From sequence record OZ035743.1: DNA of 64,000 nucleotides; one strand, written 5' to 3'. This document shows positions 28,889 to 38,532 of the stretch, in pieces. The stretch is from Phapecoctavirus DIJ07P1. Numbering within the stretch: the stretch's first letter is position 1; the number at the start of each line of letters is the position of its first letter. The position numbers and the translations under genes are program-made. Below the pieces are notes generated by a model. It searched no databases. It was not told where the DNA came from and was given only the letters and a program-made list of their open reading frames with translations.

Positions 28889-31800
28889 ATGGCAACATTC
28901 CCAACGTATCCAGCAACGTCTCTTGAACAGGGCGTAGATCTGGTTATTTTCTCGTCCAATCAACTTCATGATGTTATTAATGGAAGTGCGACAGAAAGTA
29001 TTGAGACAGAATCAGGGTTGATACCAACCCTGAGAAAAGCCCTTGTTGATAACTTTTTCTTTAAAAGCCCATTGGATTGGGCGCAAGGCACAAATGAAAC
29101 GGTTTTTAACCAACTACGTTATTTTCAGAATGGGGTATTGAGCGGTTATTATTATGCTCCTAATGCTACATTGGTAAACCCAATCCCTATGCAAGGTACT
29201 CCAGTAGGAGATAACAACTGGGTATTGTGGGGACTGAAAACAGAACAATTAGCAACAGAAGTCACCCCGTGGGTATATTCTGGTGCAACGGGTTATGAAA
29301 CAGTAATTAGTCCTCCTTATATTTTTGACAGTGCTATTGTTACTATCAACGGTGTTATTCAGGTTCTGGGGGAAGCTTTCCGTATAGAAGATAGTAAGAT
29401 CATCTTATCTGAACCTTTGGGACACGATCCTGCAACAGGACTGCCAAACAAGCTTTTTGCTTATATTGGTAAAATCGTAGCTTCAGCAGATACAGATCCT
29501 AATCTAGAGAACCGTCTTGTTAGTTTAGAAACAAAAACGGAAGAACTAACAGAAAGTATGGATAAAGTCCCTCTGCAAACTATTGCTCGTAAGTATGGTT
29601 TGTTAGATGATGAGGTGGCTTACGCAACAGCAGGTCAATCGTTAACAGGGATTAAAGCTCTGTATGATCCGGTAGCGCAGTCTTCCTACACATTACCTCC
29701 TAACATTACAGGCACTTTAACATCCTTGTCTGTTTCTGGAGTAATGACTTATTCTGGAGGATCTGTAGACCTTTCTGCACTGGCTGTTGAGCGTGGACAG
29801 TTTGTTCATTTGCCTACAAGCTTTGGTAATAATGTAACTCTGACAGCTAAAAATCAGACGATTGGACGTGGCGCTGGTCGTTATCGTTGGGCTGGAAGTT
29901 TACCAAAAAGTATTTTGGCTTCCGATACATTGGAGACGAGCGGAGGATTAGGTCCAAATGCATGGGTTCTGACTAATACAGAAGGACTGTTAACCCCTCG
30001 TGGTGGAACATACAACGATTTATTCGATGTTGTCTACTTGTCCGAATTTGCTAACAATACAACTACCTATACCACACCAGAAGCAGCTTTCCAAGCGGCA
30101 CTGTTAGCAGCAAAAGCTTCGAAAAGCAAGATTCTCGATGCTTACGGTTGCGATATGACTTTCACGACAAGCTCTTTTGATATTCAAGGTATCACTTTGC
30201 GTGGGGGTGTGTTCCGTGGTCAACGCGACTATCGTGTGCAAAATGCTACAGTAGAAGGCACAACTTTCCGTAACTCTCGTGTTATGTATTGGGGTGGTGC
30301 TGTGCGCATGTTCGATTGTTTGTGGGACGGTGCTCCTCGCGCAGGTCAAGTTGGTAGCTTGGTATTCCAAGGCAACCCAATATCAGGTACTTTTGAAATT
30401 GATAATTGTACTTTTAAAAACGGGTTGTATGGCATCCTTCAACAAGGAACAGGGGAACCAGTAACACGTGGTGTCTTCCGTAACCTTACCTTCATGGACA
30501 TGCAAGGTGATGCAATAGAACTGAACGTCATCAATAAACATTATGACGATGGTTGTGTGATTGAGAATATTTACCTGTCTAATATCGATGGGACTAATGC
30601 TCCTATTCCTCTGTCCAACTGGGGTATCGGTATTGGTGTAGCTGGTAAAGGACCATATGGTTACGGAATCCCTGATGATCAATATTGTAAGAATATTACA
30701 ATTCGTAATGTTTTTGCAAAACGTTGCCGTCAGATTGTCCACGTAGAAGTTGGTCGTAATATCTCTATCGAAAACATTCATGGTGATCCAGATCAAACCG
30801 TATCTGTTGGGACAGGTTTGGCAACTGGCGCAGTTGTAATGTACGGAAGTAAAGATTTTACGATTGATGGTGTTTATGGAGAGCCTAAAACAGACGGTAG
30901 CACACTTGCAAGTAATATCCGTATGATTTATTTGGAGTGGGGAACTAACGCAGTTCTGGACGAAGAGGGTAATCCGGTAGTTCCGGCACAGGGTAGACCT
31001 TCAAACCCATGCTTTAACTATTCTGTTCGTAACATTCACACCAAAACTGGGCGTGTTTTTGCAGGAGTTTCCGCTGGGCCAGGTTATGAAAACAGAGTCA
31101 GCTTTGAGAATATCCGTTGTGCTGCGTTGCAGTTGTTCGGTGTAGCTTCTTGGCTTTCAATGTCTAACATCACCTGTAATATCTTTGATTGTGTTGGTCA
31201 ACCTGAATCTGGTCCAGGAACATTTTATGATGGATTCTTCCGTAGAGAAAAATCTGTTCTTGAGATGGTTAACGTAAACTGTTACCCAGATGGCAAGACT
31301 ATGGTTACTGGTCGCCCACAGTGGAGCCGTTGCCGTTACTCTGATATTCATCGTGTCAACTGTAATGTTGAAGCTAATATGTATACCAATATCGCAGGTG
31401 GTATTGGAGCTATTGTAGGGACAACTGGCAAAGTTTATTACTTAGAGCCTAACCCTAGCCGAAACATTGACGGGATGCATTTCCCAACAGGGAAGGAGTT
31501 TGACAAAGGAGATATGATAGTCAAAGCGGATAATACGTTCTTCCTTGTAACAACAAGTGGGGCATACATTCCAGATATCCCAGCTTTCGGTATTCGAGCT
31601 ACACAAGCAGGAGATACCTTCCTGACACAGAACTTGACTCCTAATGGGACAGCAACAAACGCTTCTTGGTTGTATCACTATCCTCTGTCAGCAGGAACAC
31701 GTATCCGTATTCCTGGTGCTGGTGTAGGTGGAGCAGATTTGGACACAGTTATTACTCGTGCACCTTATCAAGATAATGATACGTGGACTAACCCAGTTAA

Positions 31801-31951
31801 AATAGACATTGCAGATCCAATTGTAACGCCTACGAGTGCTGGAGTTAGAATCAAAACCATACCTAACGATTCTAGTAATGTTTCTGTAGGTAATACTGCG
31901 GTTATTCGCCCAACACCAGTGGTAGATGTGCCAACAACCCAATGGAAATAG
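28889..31951 (+). CDS. tailspike with parallel beta-helix (putative polysaccharide depolymerase)
   Basis: 1020 aa; repeated Asn/Gly-rich coil-like motifs (NCTFKNG, ENIYLSNIDG, KNITIRNV, RNISIENIHG). Confidence 0.5.
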   Translation: MATFPTYPATSLEQGVDLVIFSSNQLHDVINGSATESIETESGLIPTLRKALVDNFFFKSPLDWAQGTNETVFNQLRYFQNGVLSGYYYAPNATLVNPIPMQGTPVGDNNWVLWGLKTEQLATEVTPWVYSGATGYETVISPPYIFDSAIVTINGVIQVLGEAFRIEDSKIILSEPLGHDPATGLPNKLFAYIGKIVASADTDPNLENRLVSLETKTEELTESMDKVPLQTIARKYGLLDDEVAYATAGQSLTGIKALYDPVAQSSYTLPPNITGTLTSLSVSGVMTYSGGSVDLSALAVERGQFVHLPTSFGNNVTLTAKNQTIGRGAGRYRWAGSLPKSILASDTLETSGGLGPNAWVLTNTEGLLTPRGGTYNDLFDVVYLSEFANNTTTYTTPEAAFQAALLAAKASKSKILDAYGCDMTFTTSSFDIQGITLRGGVFRGQRDYRVQNATVEGTTFRNSRVMYWGGAVRMFDCLWDGAPRAGQVGSLVFQGNPISGTFEIDNCTFKNGLYGILQQGTGEPVTRGVFRNLTFMDMQGDAIELNVINKHYDDGCVIENIYLSNIDGTNAPIPLSNWGIGIGVAGKGPYGYGIPDDQYCKNITIRNVFAKRCRQIVHVEVGRNISIENIHGDPDQTVSVGTGLATGAVVMYGSKDFTIDGVYGEPKTDGSTLASNIRMIYLEWGTNAVLDEEGNPVVPAQGRPSNPCFNYSVRNIHTKTGRVFAGVSAGPGYENRVSFENIRCAALQLFGVASWLSMSNITCNIFDCVGQPESGPGTFYDGFFRREKSVLEMVNVNCYPDGKTMVTGRPQWSRCRYSDIHRVNCNVEANMYTNIAGGIGAIVGTTGKVYYLEPNPSRNIDGMHFPTGKEFDKGDMIVKADNTFFLVTTSGAYIPDIPAFGIRATQAGDTFLTQNLTPNGTATNASWLYHYPLSAGTRIRIPGAGVGGADLDTVITRAPYQDNDTWTNPVKIDIADPIVTPTSAGVRIKTIPNDSSNVSVGNTAVIRPTPVVDVPTTQWK

Positions 31952-31977
31952 AGAGGGGGAATCCCCCCTCTTCTTCC
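31952..31977 (+). terminator. GC-rich hairpin after tailspike gene
   Basis: AGAGGGGG-AATC-CCCCCTCT; weak T-tract. Confidence 0.35.
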
Positions 31978-32007
31978 AATAGAATGGTCTAATAATAGGA
32001 GAGATAA

Positions 32008-34032
32008 ATGAATTTAACAAGACCTAATAGTGCGATAGCCGATCTAGTAGAAGCTACTTATCGAAAACGTCGCAGTTTTGAGGCAGGTTTTACATTACGT
32101 AATTCCCGTGAAGTTTTGCTGTTAGCGGCAGAAGGGAATTATTACCAATGGAAAGGAACTTTTCCTAAAGTAGTTCCAGCAAACTCTACGCCAGCCACCA
32201 CAGGTGGTATTTCTTCCCTTGCATGGCAAAGTGTTGGGACCGCTGATGATATAGCAATTATCAATGCCAAGTTTACGGCAATGCAGCAACAGATTGATGA
32301 TCTGTCGGAAACAATACCTGAAGCTGGTAAATCGGCTTATCAGATCGCACTTGATAATGGTTTTGTTGGAACAGAAGCACAATGGCTTGCTTCTTTGAAA
32401 GGGGATACTGGTGCTCAACTTAATATTAAAGGATCGTTAGCAAGCACTAGTGAACTACCATCTACAGGTAACGTTGCAGGGGATGGTTATATCGTAGGCG
32501 ATGTGATTTACGCTTGGGACGGTTCTGTTTGGAAACTTATTTCTTCTCTTGGACCAGAAGGGAAATCAGCTTACGAGGTATGGTTGGCAGATGGTAATAC
32601 AGGATCTGTTTATGACTTTCTTGCCTCTATAAAAGGTGATAAAGGAGACGTTGGTCCTACAGGTCCACAGGGTGCACCTGGTGTCAACGCTAATGGTTTT
32701 GATTACCGTGGAGATTTGCCTTCTACAAGTAACTTACCACAACCCAACTCTGAAAACGTAAGCCAAGCTTATTCTATTAATGGTAATCTTTATGTCTCTA
32801 ATGGGACAGCTTGGGTCAACATGGGTAATATTGTTGGTCCTCAAGGTCCACAAGGTGAGGCAGGTAAAGACGGTCTAGATGGAACAGATGGAGACGAAGG
32901 GAAATCTGCATATCAAAGTTGGCTGGACGCTGGTAATGAAGGGACAGAAGTAGATTTTATTGCCTCGCTTAAAGGTCCAAAAGGAGACAAGGGAGAGCAA
33001 GGAGAACGAGGACCACAAGGCGAATTAGGTCCACAAGGACCAGTGGGTGCAACAGGATCAGGTTTAGAGATTATCGGGGTTCTGAACAGCGAAGCTGAAC
33101 TTCCTCCGACTGGAGAAGTAGGTGATGCATATAAAATTAATAATGATTTGTATGTTTGGGTTCAAGATGCTACAGAATGGATGAATGTTGGCAGTCTTGG
33201 AGGAACATCAATTACAGCCAAAGGTCATGTTCCGAACAGCGAGGCTCTCCCTGTTTATAATAACTATGGTGATGCCTACTTAACTGAGGACACTAGTAAT
33301 CTTTACATCTATACCTACGATCAAGACACCAATTCCGCATCTTTTGTTGACATGGGGAGTATTAAAGGTGACAAAGGTGAAAAAGGGGATAAAGGAGATA
33401 AGGGTGATCCTGGAACAAACGGAACCAACGGTACTGATGGAACCAACGGTAAGGACGGCGCACAGTGGTTTGTAGCAACAACTAATCCAGTCACAGGAGA
33501 TGGTGTTATCAATGATTACGCCTTCAATACTACCACTGGGGCAGTGTTTAAGAAAACAGATTCTTCTACGTGGACACTTATAGGAACTCTTCCTAGTATA
33601 CCAGAAGCCCCTCAAGATGGCTTGACGTATGGTCGTTCTGATGGAAACTGGATCGAAATATCAGGATCAGATCCTACGGAAGCTATAACACCAACTAGAG
33701 TTACAGCAGGTTTCATGGAACTTGAAACAACTACTGCCAACTCTGGAGCATCTTGGACTCCTTCTGGAACTTCCAATATGTATGTTGTTACAGTAACTGA
33801 CGCTTTGACAGTTGGAGCATGGCCTGGTGTCACTGGCTCTACAAAACCTAAAGCGTTTTCAGCAATGATTTATTTGATTCAAGATACAACGGGACACACG
33901 GTTACACTAGATGCGTCTTATGGAGCACTAAATGATACAGAAATAGCAACTACTGCTAACGCAGTAACAATTTTGCAATTAACGTATCCTGGTGTGGGCG
34001 ATATCGTGGACATGGTTGTTGTAACACGATAA
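32008..34032 (+). CDS. tail fiber with collagen-like Gly-X-Y repeats
   Basis: KGDKGDVGPTGPQGAPG, GPQGPQGEAGKDGLDGTDGDEG, KGPKGDKGEQGERGPQGELGPQGPVGATG, KGDKGEKGDKGDKGDPGTNGTNGTDGTNGKDG. Confidence 0.6.
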   Translation: MNLTRPNSAIADLVEATYRKRRSFEAGFTLRNSREVLLLAAEGNYYQWKGTFPKVVPANSTPATTGGISSLAWQSVGTADDIAIINAKFTAMQQQIDDLSETIPEAGKSAYQIALDNGFVGTEAQWLASLKGDTGAQLNIKGSLASTSELPSTGNVAGDGYIVGDVIYAWDGSVWKLISSLGPEGKSAYEVWLADGNTGSVYDFLASIKGDKGDVGPTGPQGAPGVNANGFDYRGDLPSTSNLPQPNSENVSQAYSINGNLYVSNGTAWVNMGNIVGPQGPQGEAGKDGLDGTDGDEGKSAYQSWLDAGNEGTEVDFIASLKGPKGDKGEQGERGPQGELGPQGPVGATGSGLEIIGVLNSEAELPPTGEVGDAYKINNDLYVWVQDATEWMNVGSLGGTSITAKGHVPNSEALPVYNNYGDAYLTEDTSNLYIYTYDQDTNSASFVDMGSIKGDKGEKGDKGDKGDPGTNGTNGTDGTNGKDGAQWFVATTNPVTGDGVINDYAFNTTTGAVFKKTDSSTWTLIGTLPSIPEAPQDGLTYGRSDGNWIEISGSDPTEAITPTRVTAGFMELETTTANSGASWTPSGTSNMYVVTVTDALTVGAWPGVTGSTKPKAFSAMIYLIQDTTGHTVTLDASYGALNDTEIATTANAVTILQLTYPGVGDIVDMVVVTR

Positions 34033-34036
34033 CAGA

Positions 34037-34060
34037 AGCCCCGAAAGGGGCTTTCTTTTT
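34037..34060 (+). terminator. intrinsic terminator
   Basis: AGCCCC-GAAA-GGGGCT followed by TTCTTTTTAT. Confidence 0.6.
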
Positions 34061-34073
34061 ATGGAGGGTTTAA

Positions 34074-35840
34074 ATGTTTCCAATTCCAATATTTACTATT
34101 ATGACCAGCACTGGTGTCGTTCCTCTGCCAGCAGGTATTGTTAAAAAAGTAATCACTTTAGATTACCCAGATAATGCTGGTAATTCTAACAGCAGTTTAG
34201 CAATTTTGCTTAATGATGGTAGATTGTTTACTCAAGGCGCAAACCTTTTTGGTGAGATTGCAGATGGAACTCGTAGTGCACGATTCAATAATTTCCACTT
34301 AGCTTCTACTGTAGTAGCGGATGTGTTTACCGCAGATCGTTGTTTTGTTATTAAAACTAACAGTGGGGGATGGCAATATTCAGGATTGACAGCAGGGTTG
34401 GTAGGATCTATAGCAGCAGGTGGTACGGATGCATGTGTAACTACCTGGACCAGCTTTCCATCTGTAATAACAGGGACTATTTCTTTAGCCAATCTTAAAG
34501 AGGTTAAAGGAGGGTATAACAATACTCTCTGGTTAATGAATAGTGGTGTTCTTTATGGATCGGGTCAAAACACAGTGGGTAGTTTAGGTGCAAGCACTAC
34601 TAACGAAGTTTCTACTCCTCGTCAGATAACAAGCGCAGCAGTTGCTTTTGATGCAGGTTACAACCAATGCTCTTATGTCAACAATGTGGGAACCTTGCGT
34701 GTTTGTGGAGCTAGTAAAGGTTTAGCAGGTAATAATAACACAACAACAGCTTTTGTCAATGCCACAATATCCGCTACTGAAACAGTGTATGTCAAAGATT
34801 ACATCAATACAGTTTCCCAGACAATAGTTGTAGGAGATACCTCCGGTGGCACGGGTACAGTAAACTACTTATATGTTAGATCTAATACAGAAACAACCTA
34901 CACTAAACTGGATACCTTTGCAGCAGGTTTCTCAACATGGAAGTTTCCACCAAGCCGCCACTCTTTTTTCGTTGGGATCAATAATTCCTTGTGGGCTATT
35001 GGTAAGAACTACACTGCAAACTTAGGTTTGGGGTATGATTCTGCGAGCGGAGATCCACTCCAAGTGGGAAAACCAGTTAAACCTGAAGGAGTGGGTTCTT
35101 GGGATATAAACAAGCTCACAAGCGTTCATACGCTGAATATGGATGTTACTAACCAATTAGGTTATCAAGGAACCTTTTTCGTTTATAATGGAGATATGTA
35201 TTATTCCGGTATTTGGAAAGATGGGAAAGCCTCGTATCTGTTCAATAGTGGTCTAAACTATAATAAATTCACACCAATAGCAAGCTCCGTGATTACGGGC
35301 GATATTCTGGCAACTGGCTTAACTACAGATTCTTTAGGAATTTGTATTGTAGGTGGAACTAAACAGTTGACACATTCTGTTAGCCCAGAAGGAGGTAAAC
35401 TTTTCAATATTAAATACACTTCTTCTGCCCCTGCAAACATGACAATATCATCTACTGGTTTAATGACTTTCCATGCAGAAGGTGGTTTTGATGCAGGTAT
35501 GACAGCCTTAAACGCTGAAGGAACAACTTTATCAGATACCTCTGGAGGATATGCTTCAACATTGAGTGTTTACACCCCTAGCTTATCTGCGATGGATGTA
35601 GGAACAACACAAACAATGGTAGCAGAAATAACGCCAACAGGAGCAGCAAGCTTACCTGGTATGGTTGTTGAGTATTTCTCTAATGACCCTACGGTAGCAA
35701 CAGTTGACCCCGTTACAGGCGTTATTACAGCGGTTGCTGATGGAGGTTGTCGTATCGGTTGTAGAGCAACTTATCAAGGTGTGGTAACTGCCGAAGATAG
35801 TTCTTATCTCACAGTGAATGCTGTGGTGATTATGATTTGA
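34074..35840 (+). CDS. tail fiber/structural protein with C-terminal bacterial Ig-like (Big_2-type) domain
   Basis: C-terminal ...FSNDPTVATVDPVTGVITAVADGGCRI...VTAEDSSYLTVN resembles Big_2; G/T/S-rich body. Confidence 0.45.
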   Translation: MFPIPIFTIMTSTGVVPLPAGIVKKVITLDYPDNAGNSNSSLAILLNDGRLFTQGANLFGEIADGTRSARFNNFHLASTVVADVFTADRCFVIKTNSGGWQYSGLTAGLVGSIAAGGTDACVTTWTSFPSVITGTISLANLKEVKGGYNNTLWLMNSGVLYGSGQNTVGSLGASTTNEVSTPRQITSAAVAFDAGYNQCSYVNNVGTLRVCGASKGLAGNNNTTTAFVNATISATETVYVKDYINTVSQTIVVGDTSGGTGTVNYLYVRSNTETTYTKLDTFAAGFSTWKFPPSRHSFFVGINNSLWAIGKNYTANLGLGYDSASGDPLQVGKPVKPEGVGSWDINKLTSVHTLNMDVTNQLGYQGTFFVYNGDMYYSGIWKDGKASYLFNSGLNYNKFTPIASSVITGDILATGLTTDSLGICIVGGTKQLTHSVSPEGGKLFNIKYTSSAPANMTISSTGLMTFHAEGGFDAGMTALNAEGTTLSDTSGGYASTLSVYTPSLSAMDVGTTQTMVAEITPTGAASLPGMVVEYFSNDPTVATVDPVTGVITAVADGGCRIGCRATYQGVVTAEDSSYLTVNAVVIMI

Positions 35841-35902
35841 CGCAAGAAACTATTCCGGCGGATTGGGGATCGAAGTTCATTACAGGTTTGAAATATTACG
35901 AC

Positions 35903-35941
35903 TAATAAAAAAGGGAACCCGCAAAGGTTCCCTTTTCTTTT
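35903..35941. terminator. bidirectional intrinsic terminator at module junction
   Basis: AAAAAA-GGGAACC-CGCAAA-GGTTCCC-TTTTCTTTT between convergent gene sets. Confidence 0.65.
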
Positions 35942-35968
35942 ATAAAAACTCTTTATAAATCAATAAGA

Positions 35969-36856
35969 TCAGAACGGAATATCATCGTCGAAGTCCATTG
36001 GAGGTTCTTCTTGATTACTTGGAGTTGGTTCTGGTTGTGGTTCAGGTTTCTTAACTTCTTTCTTCTCTTCTTTCTTAGGCTGTTCTGCGGAACCACGAAT
36101 GGCAGCAGCAACTTTATCAGACAGAGCCAGAACTTTACGAGCAGAGTCGATCAGATCTTCTACAGATACAGTCTTAATGGTATGGTCTTTACAAGCATTG
36201 AGGATAGCGTGACCAACAGATGCCCCAAGATCATAATCATTAATATCAACACCACGAGATTCAGCAATTTCCGATTTCAGTGTGACAGTTGCAGATTGAA
36301 CAACCCCAGCGATATCGAAAGCATCGCCTTTAACACCATTACGAATCAGTTCCAGTGCACCATTTACTGCGTGACCAGTTTCCAGACCTACAGTATCACG
36401 TTTTTTATAGGACTGCTTAGGAGCAGCATCGTTGGAACCTTTATTACCAGAAGATTTGTTAGACTTCTGAACACCATCGGTAGACAATACTGTAATACGA
36501 GATTTTTTAGTATTGTAGTAAGTTTTACCGCCTTTATTATCAACGCGATCAATATCAATACTTACTTCTACACCTTTTTCAATAGTGATCCAATTATCAC
36601 CTTCTTTGACTTGCAGGTTTTCATAACCTTCTTTCAGTTCAATGTCACCAAGAGAAATCCAAACACCTTTCTCATCTGGTTTAGCACCTTTCTCTTTCAG
36701 AACAAGAGAGGCTCGGTGAGTTGAAACAATCGTTTTTCCTTCCCAATGAAAAGTTTTAGGTTCAGCGAATTTATCCAGTTTAACGTAGTCTACGATACCA
36801 GTTGCATAAGTTACGGTTTTGCCTTTACGATCAGTTTCAGTATTAATTACGGACAT
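35969..36856 (-). CDS. ssb: single-stranded DNA-binding protein with E. coli SSB-like acidic tail
   Basis: ends ...EEPPMDFDDDIPF; P/E/K-rich linker before tail; replication-module context. Confidence 0.55.
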   Translation of the reverse strand: MSVINTETDRKGKTVTYATGIVDYVKLDKFAEPKTFHWEGKTIVSTHRASLVLKEKGAKPDEKGVWISLGDIELKEGYENLQVKEGDNWITIEKGVEVSIDIDRVDNKGGKTYYNTKKSRITVLSTDGVQKSNKSSGNKGSNDAAPKQSYKKRDTVGLETGHAVNGALELIRNGVKGDAFDIAGVVQSATVTLKSEIAESRGVDINDYDLGASVGHAILNACKDHTIKTVSVEDLIDSARKVLALSDKVAAAIRGSAEQPKKEEKKEVKKPEPQPEPTPSNQEEPPMDFDDDIPF

Positions 36857-36872
36857 TATTATCTCCTCTACA

Positions 36873-37265
36873 TTACATTAATTTTGCACAGAAAGAGCGG
36901 AGTCTTTCCATATCATCTTGCTCTAACAGGTATTTACCTTTACCTATTCCAACTCCAATTTCACCATTAGGAAAATGAACTATTTGCACTGGGAAACCTC
37001 CGAGTTTAATTGTGGCAGCTTTGCCTTCTTCGTCTATAACGTTTCGGATTGTATCTTGCAGTGAAATGAATTCTTTGTTTGTAACAGTGGTTTCAATTAT
37101 TTCAGATGTTTCGACACGAGCAGTTAGCTTCTTGTTTCCACCTTGAATAACCAAAATTTGAAAATAAAAAGAGTTGTCAAGACCTACAACATTTTTCTCA
37201 ACTAGTGTCAAACTGGTGTAGTTTCCATAAACAGTTTCAACAGCTATCTTAGAACGTTCAGTCAT
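36873..37265 (-). CDS. hypothetical protein
   Basis: ORF track. Confidence 0.3.
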   Translation of the reverse strand: MTERSKIAVETVYGNYTSLTLVEKNVVGLDNSFYFQILVIQGGNKKLTARVETSEIIETTVTNKEFISLQDTIRNVIDEEGKAATIKLGGFPVQIVHFPNGEIGVGIGKGKYLLEQDDMERLRSFCAKLM

Positions 37266-37273
37266 TGAATGCT

Positions 37274-37303
37274 ATCCTATCATAAAATGTTTAATATTGT
37301 CAA
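37274..37303 (-). promoter_or_regulatory. sigma70-like promoter TTGACA-N18-TAGGAT (minus strand)
   Basis: reverse complement of 37274-37303. Confidence 0.35.
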
Positions 37304-37310
37304 GCTTTAA

Positions 37311-37904
37311 TTACCAAGGAATATCATCTTCTTCCAATCTGGTATCTACTTGAGGTGGACGTGGAACCTTAACCTCTTTCACAAAACGAAGATATGGGAA
37401 ACGTGTAGCAATTTTAATAACGTGTTTGGCATCTTCTCTAACATCTTTGTGCAAGAAGCAGATCCCTGTTTCCAAAGTTGTTTCAAAATCTTTAGAGTAA
37501 TAACAATCCTTCCCATCAAATGCAGCCTGGCAGATGGACAGATCAAACTCATTTAGAAAGGTTGTCATTACGCTTGGTTCCATAATCATAAGGTTGCAAA
37601 GCTGACCATCACGTTCAAACTCAAAAACGTGTTTAAGACCAGTAACACCCTCGTAGTTATCCGAAGCTTCTTTGTTTCCTAATTTACGAACATTAGTTCC
37701 CATCAAAGCAGATGCAATCAATTCTTGTATTTGCTCTTCTGATCGATGTGCAGGAAGAGACGTGTAAAAATCCAGATCACGTCCAGCAATATCAAGAATA
37801 CGCCAATCACGAACAGCGCCGCCAGCCAAGACAGAATTAGGATCAGCAATCTTTAATACGGTAAGAATTTCTTTGGCAATATTGATTTGTTTTGATTTAG
37901 TCAT
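37311..37904 (-). CDS. minimal nucleotidyltransferase (GGAVRD...DxD head domain) with acidic aromatic C-terminal tail
   Basis: LAGGAVRDWRILDIAGRDLDFY matches the CCA-adding/poly(A) polymerase head motif; ends EEDDIPW. Confidence 0.5.
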   Translation of the reverse strand: MTKSKQINIAKEILTVLKIADPNSVLAGGAVRDWRILDIAGRDLDFYTSLPAHRSEEQIQELIASALMGTNVRKLGNKEASDNYEGVTGLKHVFEFERDGQLCNLMIMEPSVMTTFLNEFDLSICQAAFDGKDCYYSKDFETTLETGICFLHKDVREDAKHVIKIATRFPYLRFVKEVKVPRPPQVDTRLEEDDIPW

Positions 37905-38115
37905 GGATACGCCCCACAGTTACTTTTACAACATCGTCCATATTAATCTCATCCCCCAAGACCTCAATAACACCTTCCTCATAAAGTCGAGCACATTCTT
38001 CCCACACTTCAGCTTCCGTCATTCCACCTGCAATCTTATTTGCAAGACCTTTAATAACATCTTCATTTTGTTCATCAACAAGAATTGAAACATTAAAGCT
38101 CACTAATTTACGCAT
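37897..38115 (-). CDS. hypothetical small protein
   Basis: ORF track. Confidence 0.25.
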   Translation of the reverse strand: MRKLVSFNVSILVDEQNEDVIKGLANKIAGGMTEAEVWEECARLYEEGVIEVLGDEINMDDVVKVTVGRIHD

Positions 38116-38292
38116 TGTTTTCTCCTTATACTTCTAAACGGAAAGTTTCTTTAGATACAAAATCGTATCCACCTTTTTCAAGCCAGTCATTGTAAACCTC
38201 ATCGGCTTGAGACTCTATCATAAAATACCGAGTGATAACTTCGTCTCCGACAATACGCACAATTTTATAGCAAATCATGATACCATTTCCCA

Positions 38293-38484
38293 TTAATCTT
38301 CCTCCAGATCAATTTCATTATAACAATGTATGCAGAAACCATCATTGTGCATATGTTGTTCATAGGACATATCTTTACCACAAGACCAACAACGGATATC
38401 CCCATCGTCCCATTCACGTTCTTCTTCACCTTCAAATTCATCTGGTAGATAAGGCATACCAAGACAATCTAAATCGTAATGCAT
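38293..38484 (-). CDS. zinc-ribbon small protein
   Basis: CWSCGKD...CIHCYNE Cys pairs. Confidence 0.3.
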   Translation of the reverse strand: MHYDLDCLGMPYLPDEFEGEEEREWDDGDIRCWSCGKDMSYEQHMHNDGFCIHCYNEIDLEED

Positions 38485-38491
38485 ATCTCCT

Positions 38492-38515
38492 CCTATAAAG
38501 GGGCAGAAGCCCCTT
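38492..38515 (-). terminator. hairpin terminator after DNA polymerase gene (minus strand)
   Basis: AAGGGGC-AGAA-GCCCCTT. Confidence 0.4.
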
Positions 38516-38532
38516 ATAAAACAATGAGTTAA

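Noticed and set aside
33321-33512. 63-aa minus-strand ORF rich in Pro/Leu/Ser
   Set aside because: Mirror-image translation of the collagen-like Gly-X-Y tract of the tail fiber gene; frame artefact.
36011-36724. 237-aa plus-strand ORF
   Set aside because: Antisense to the SSB gene; Phe/Leu-rich low-complexity translation.
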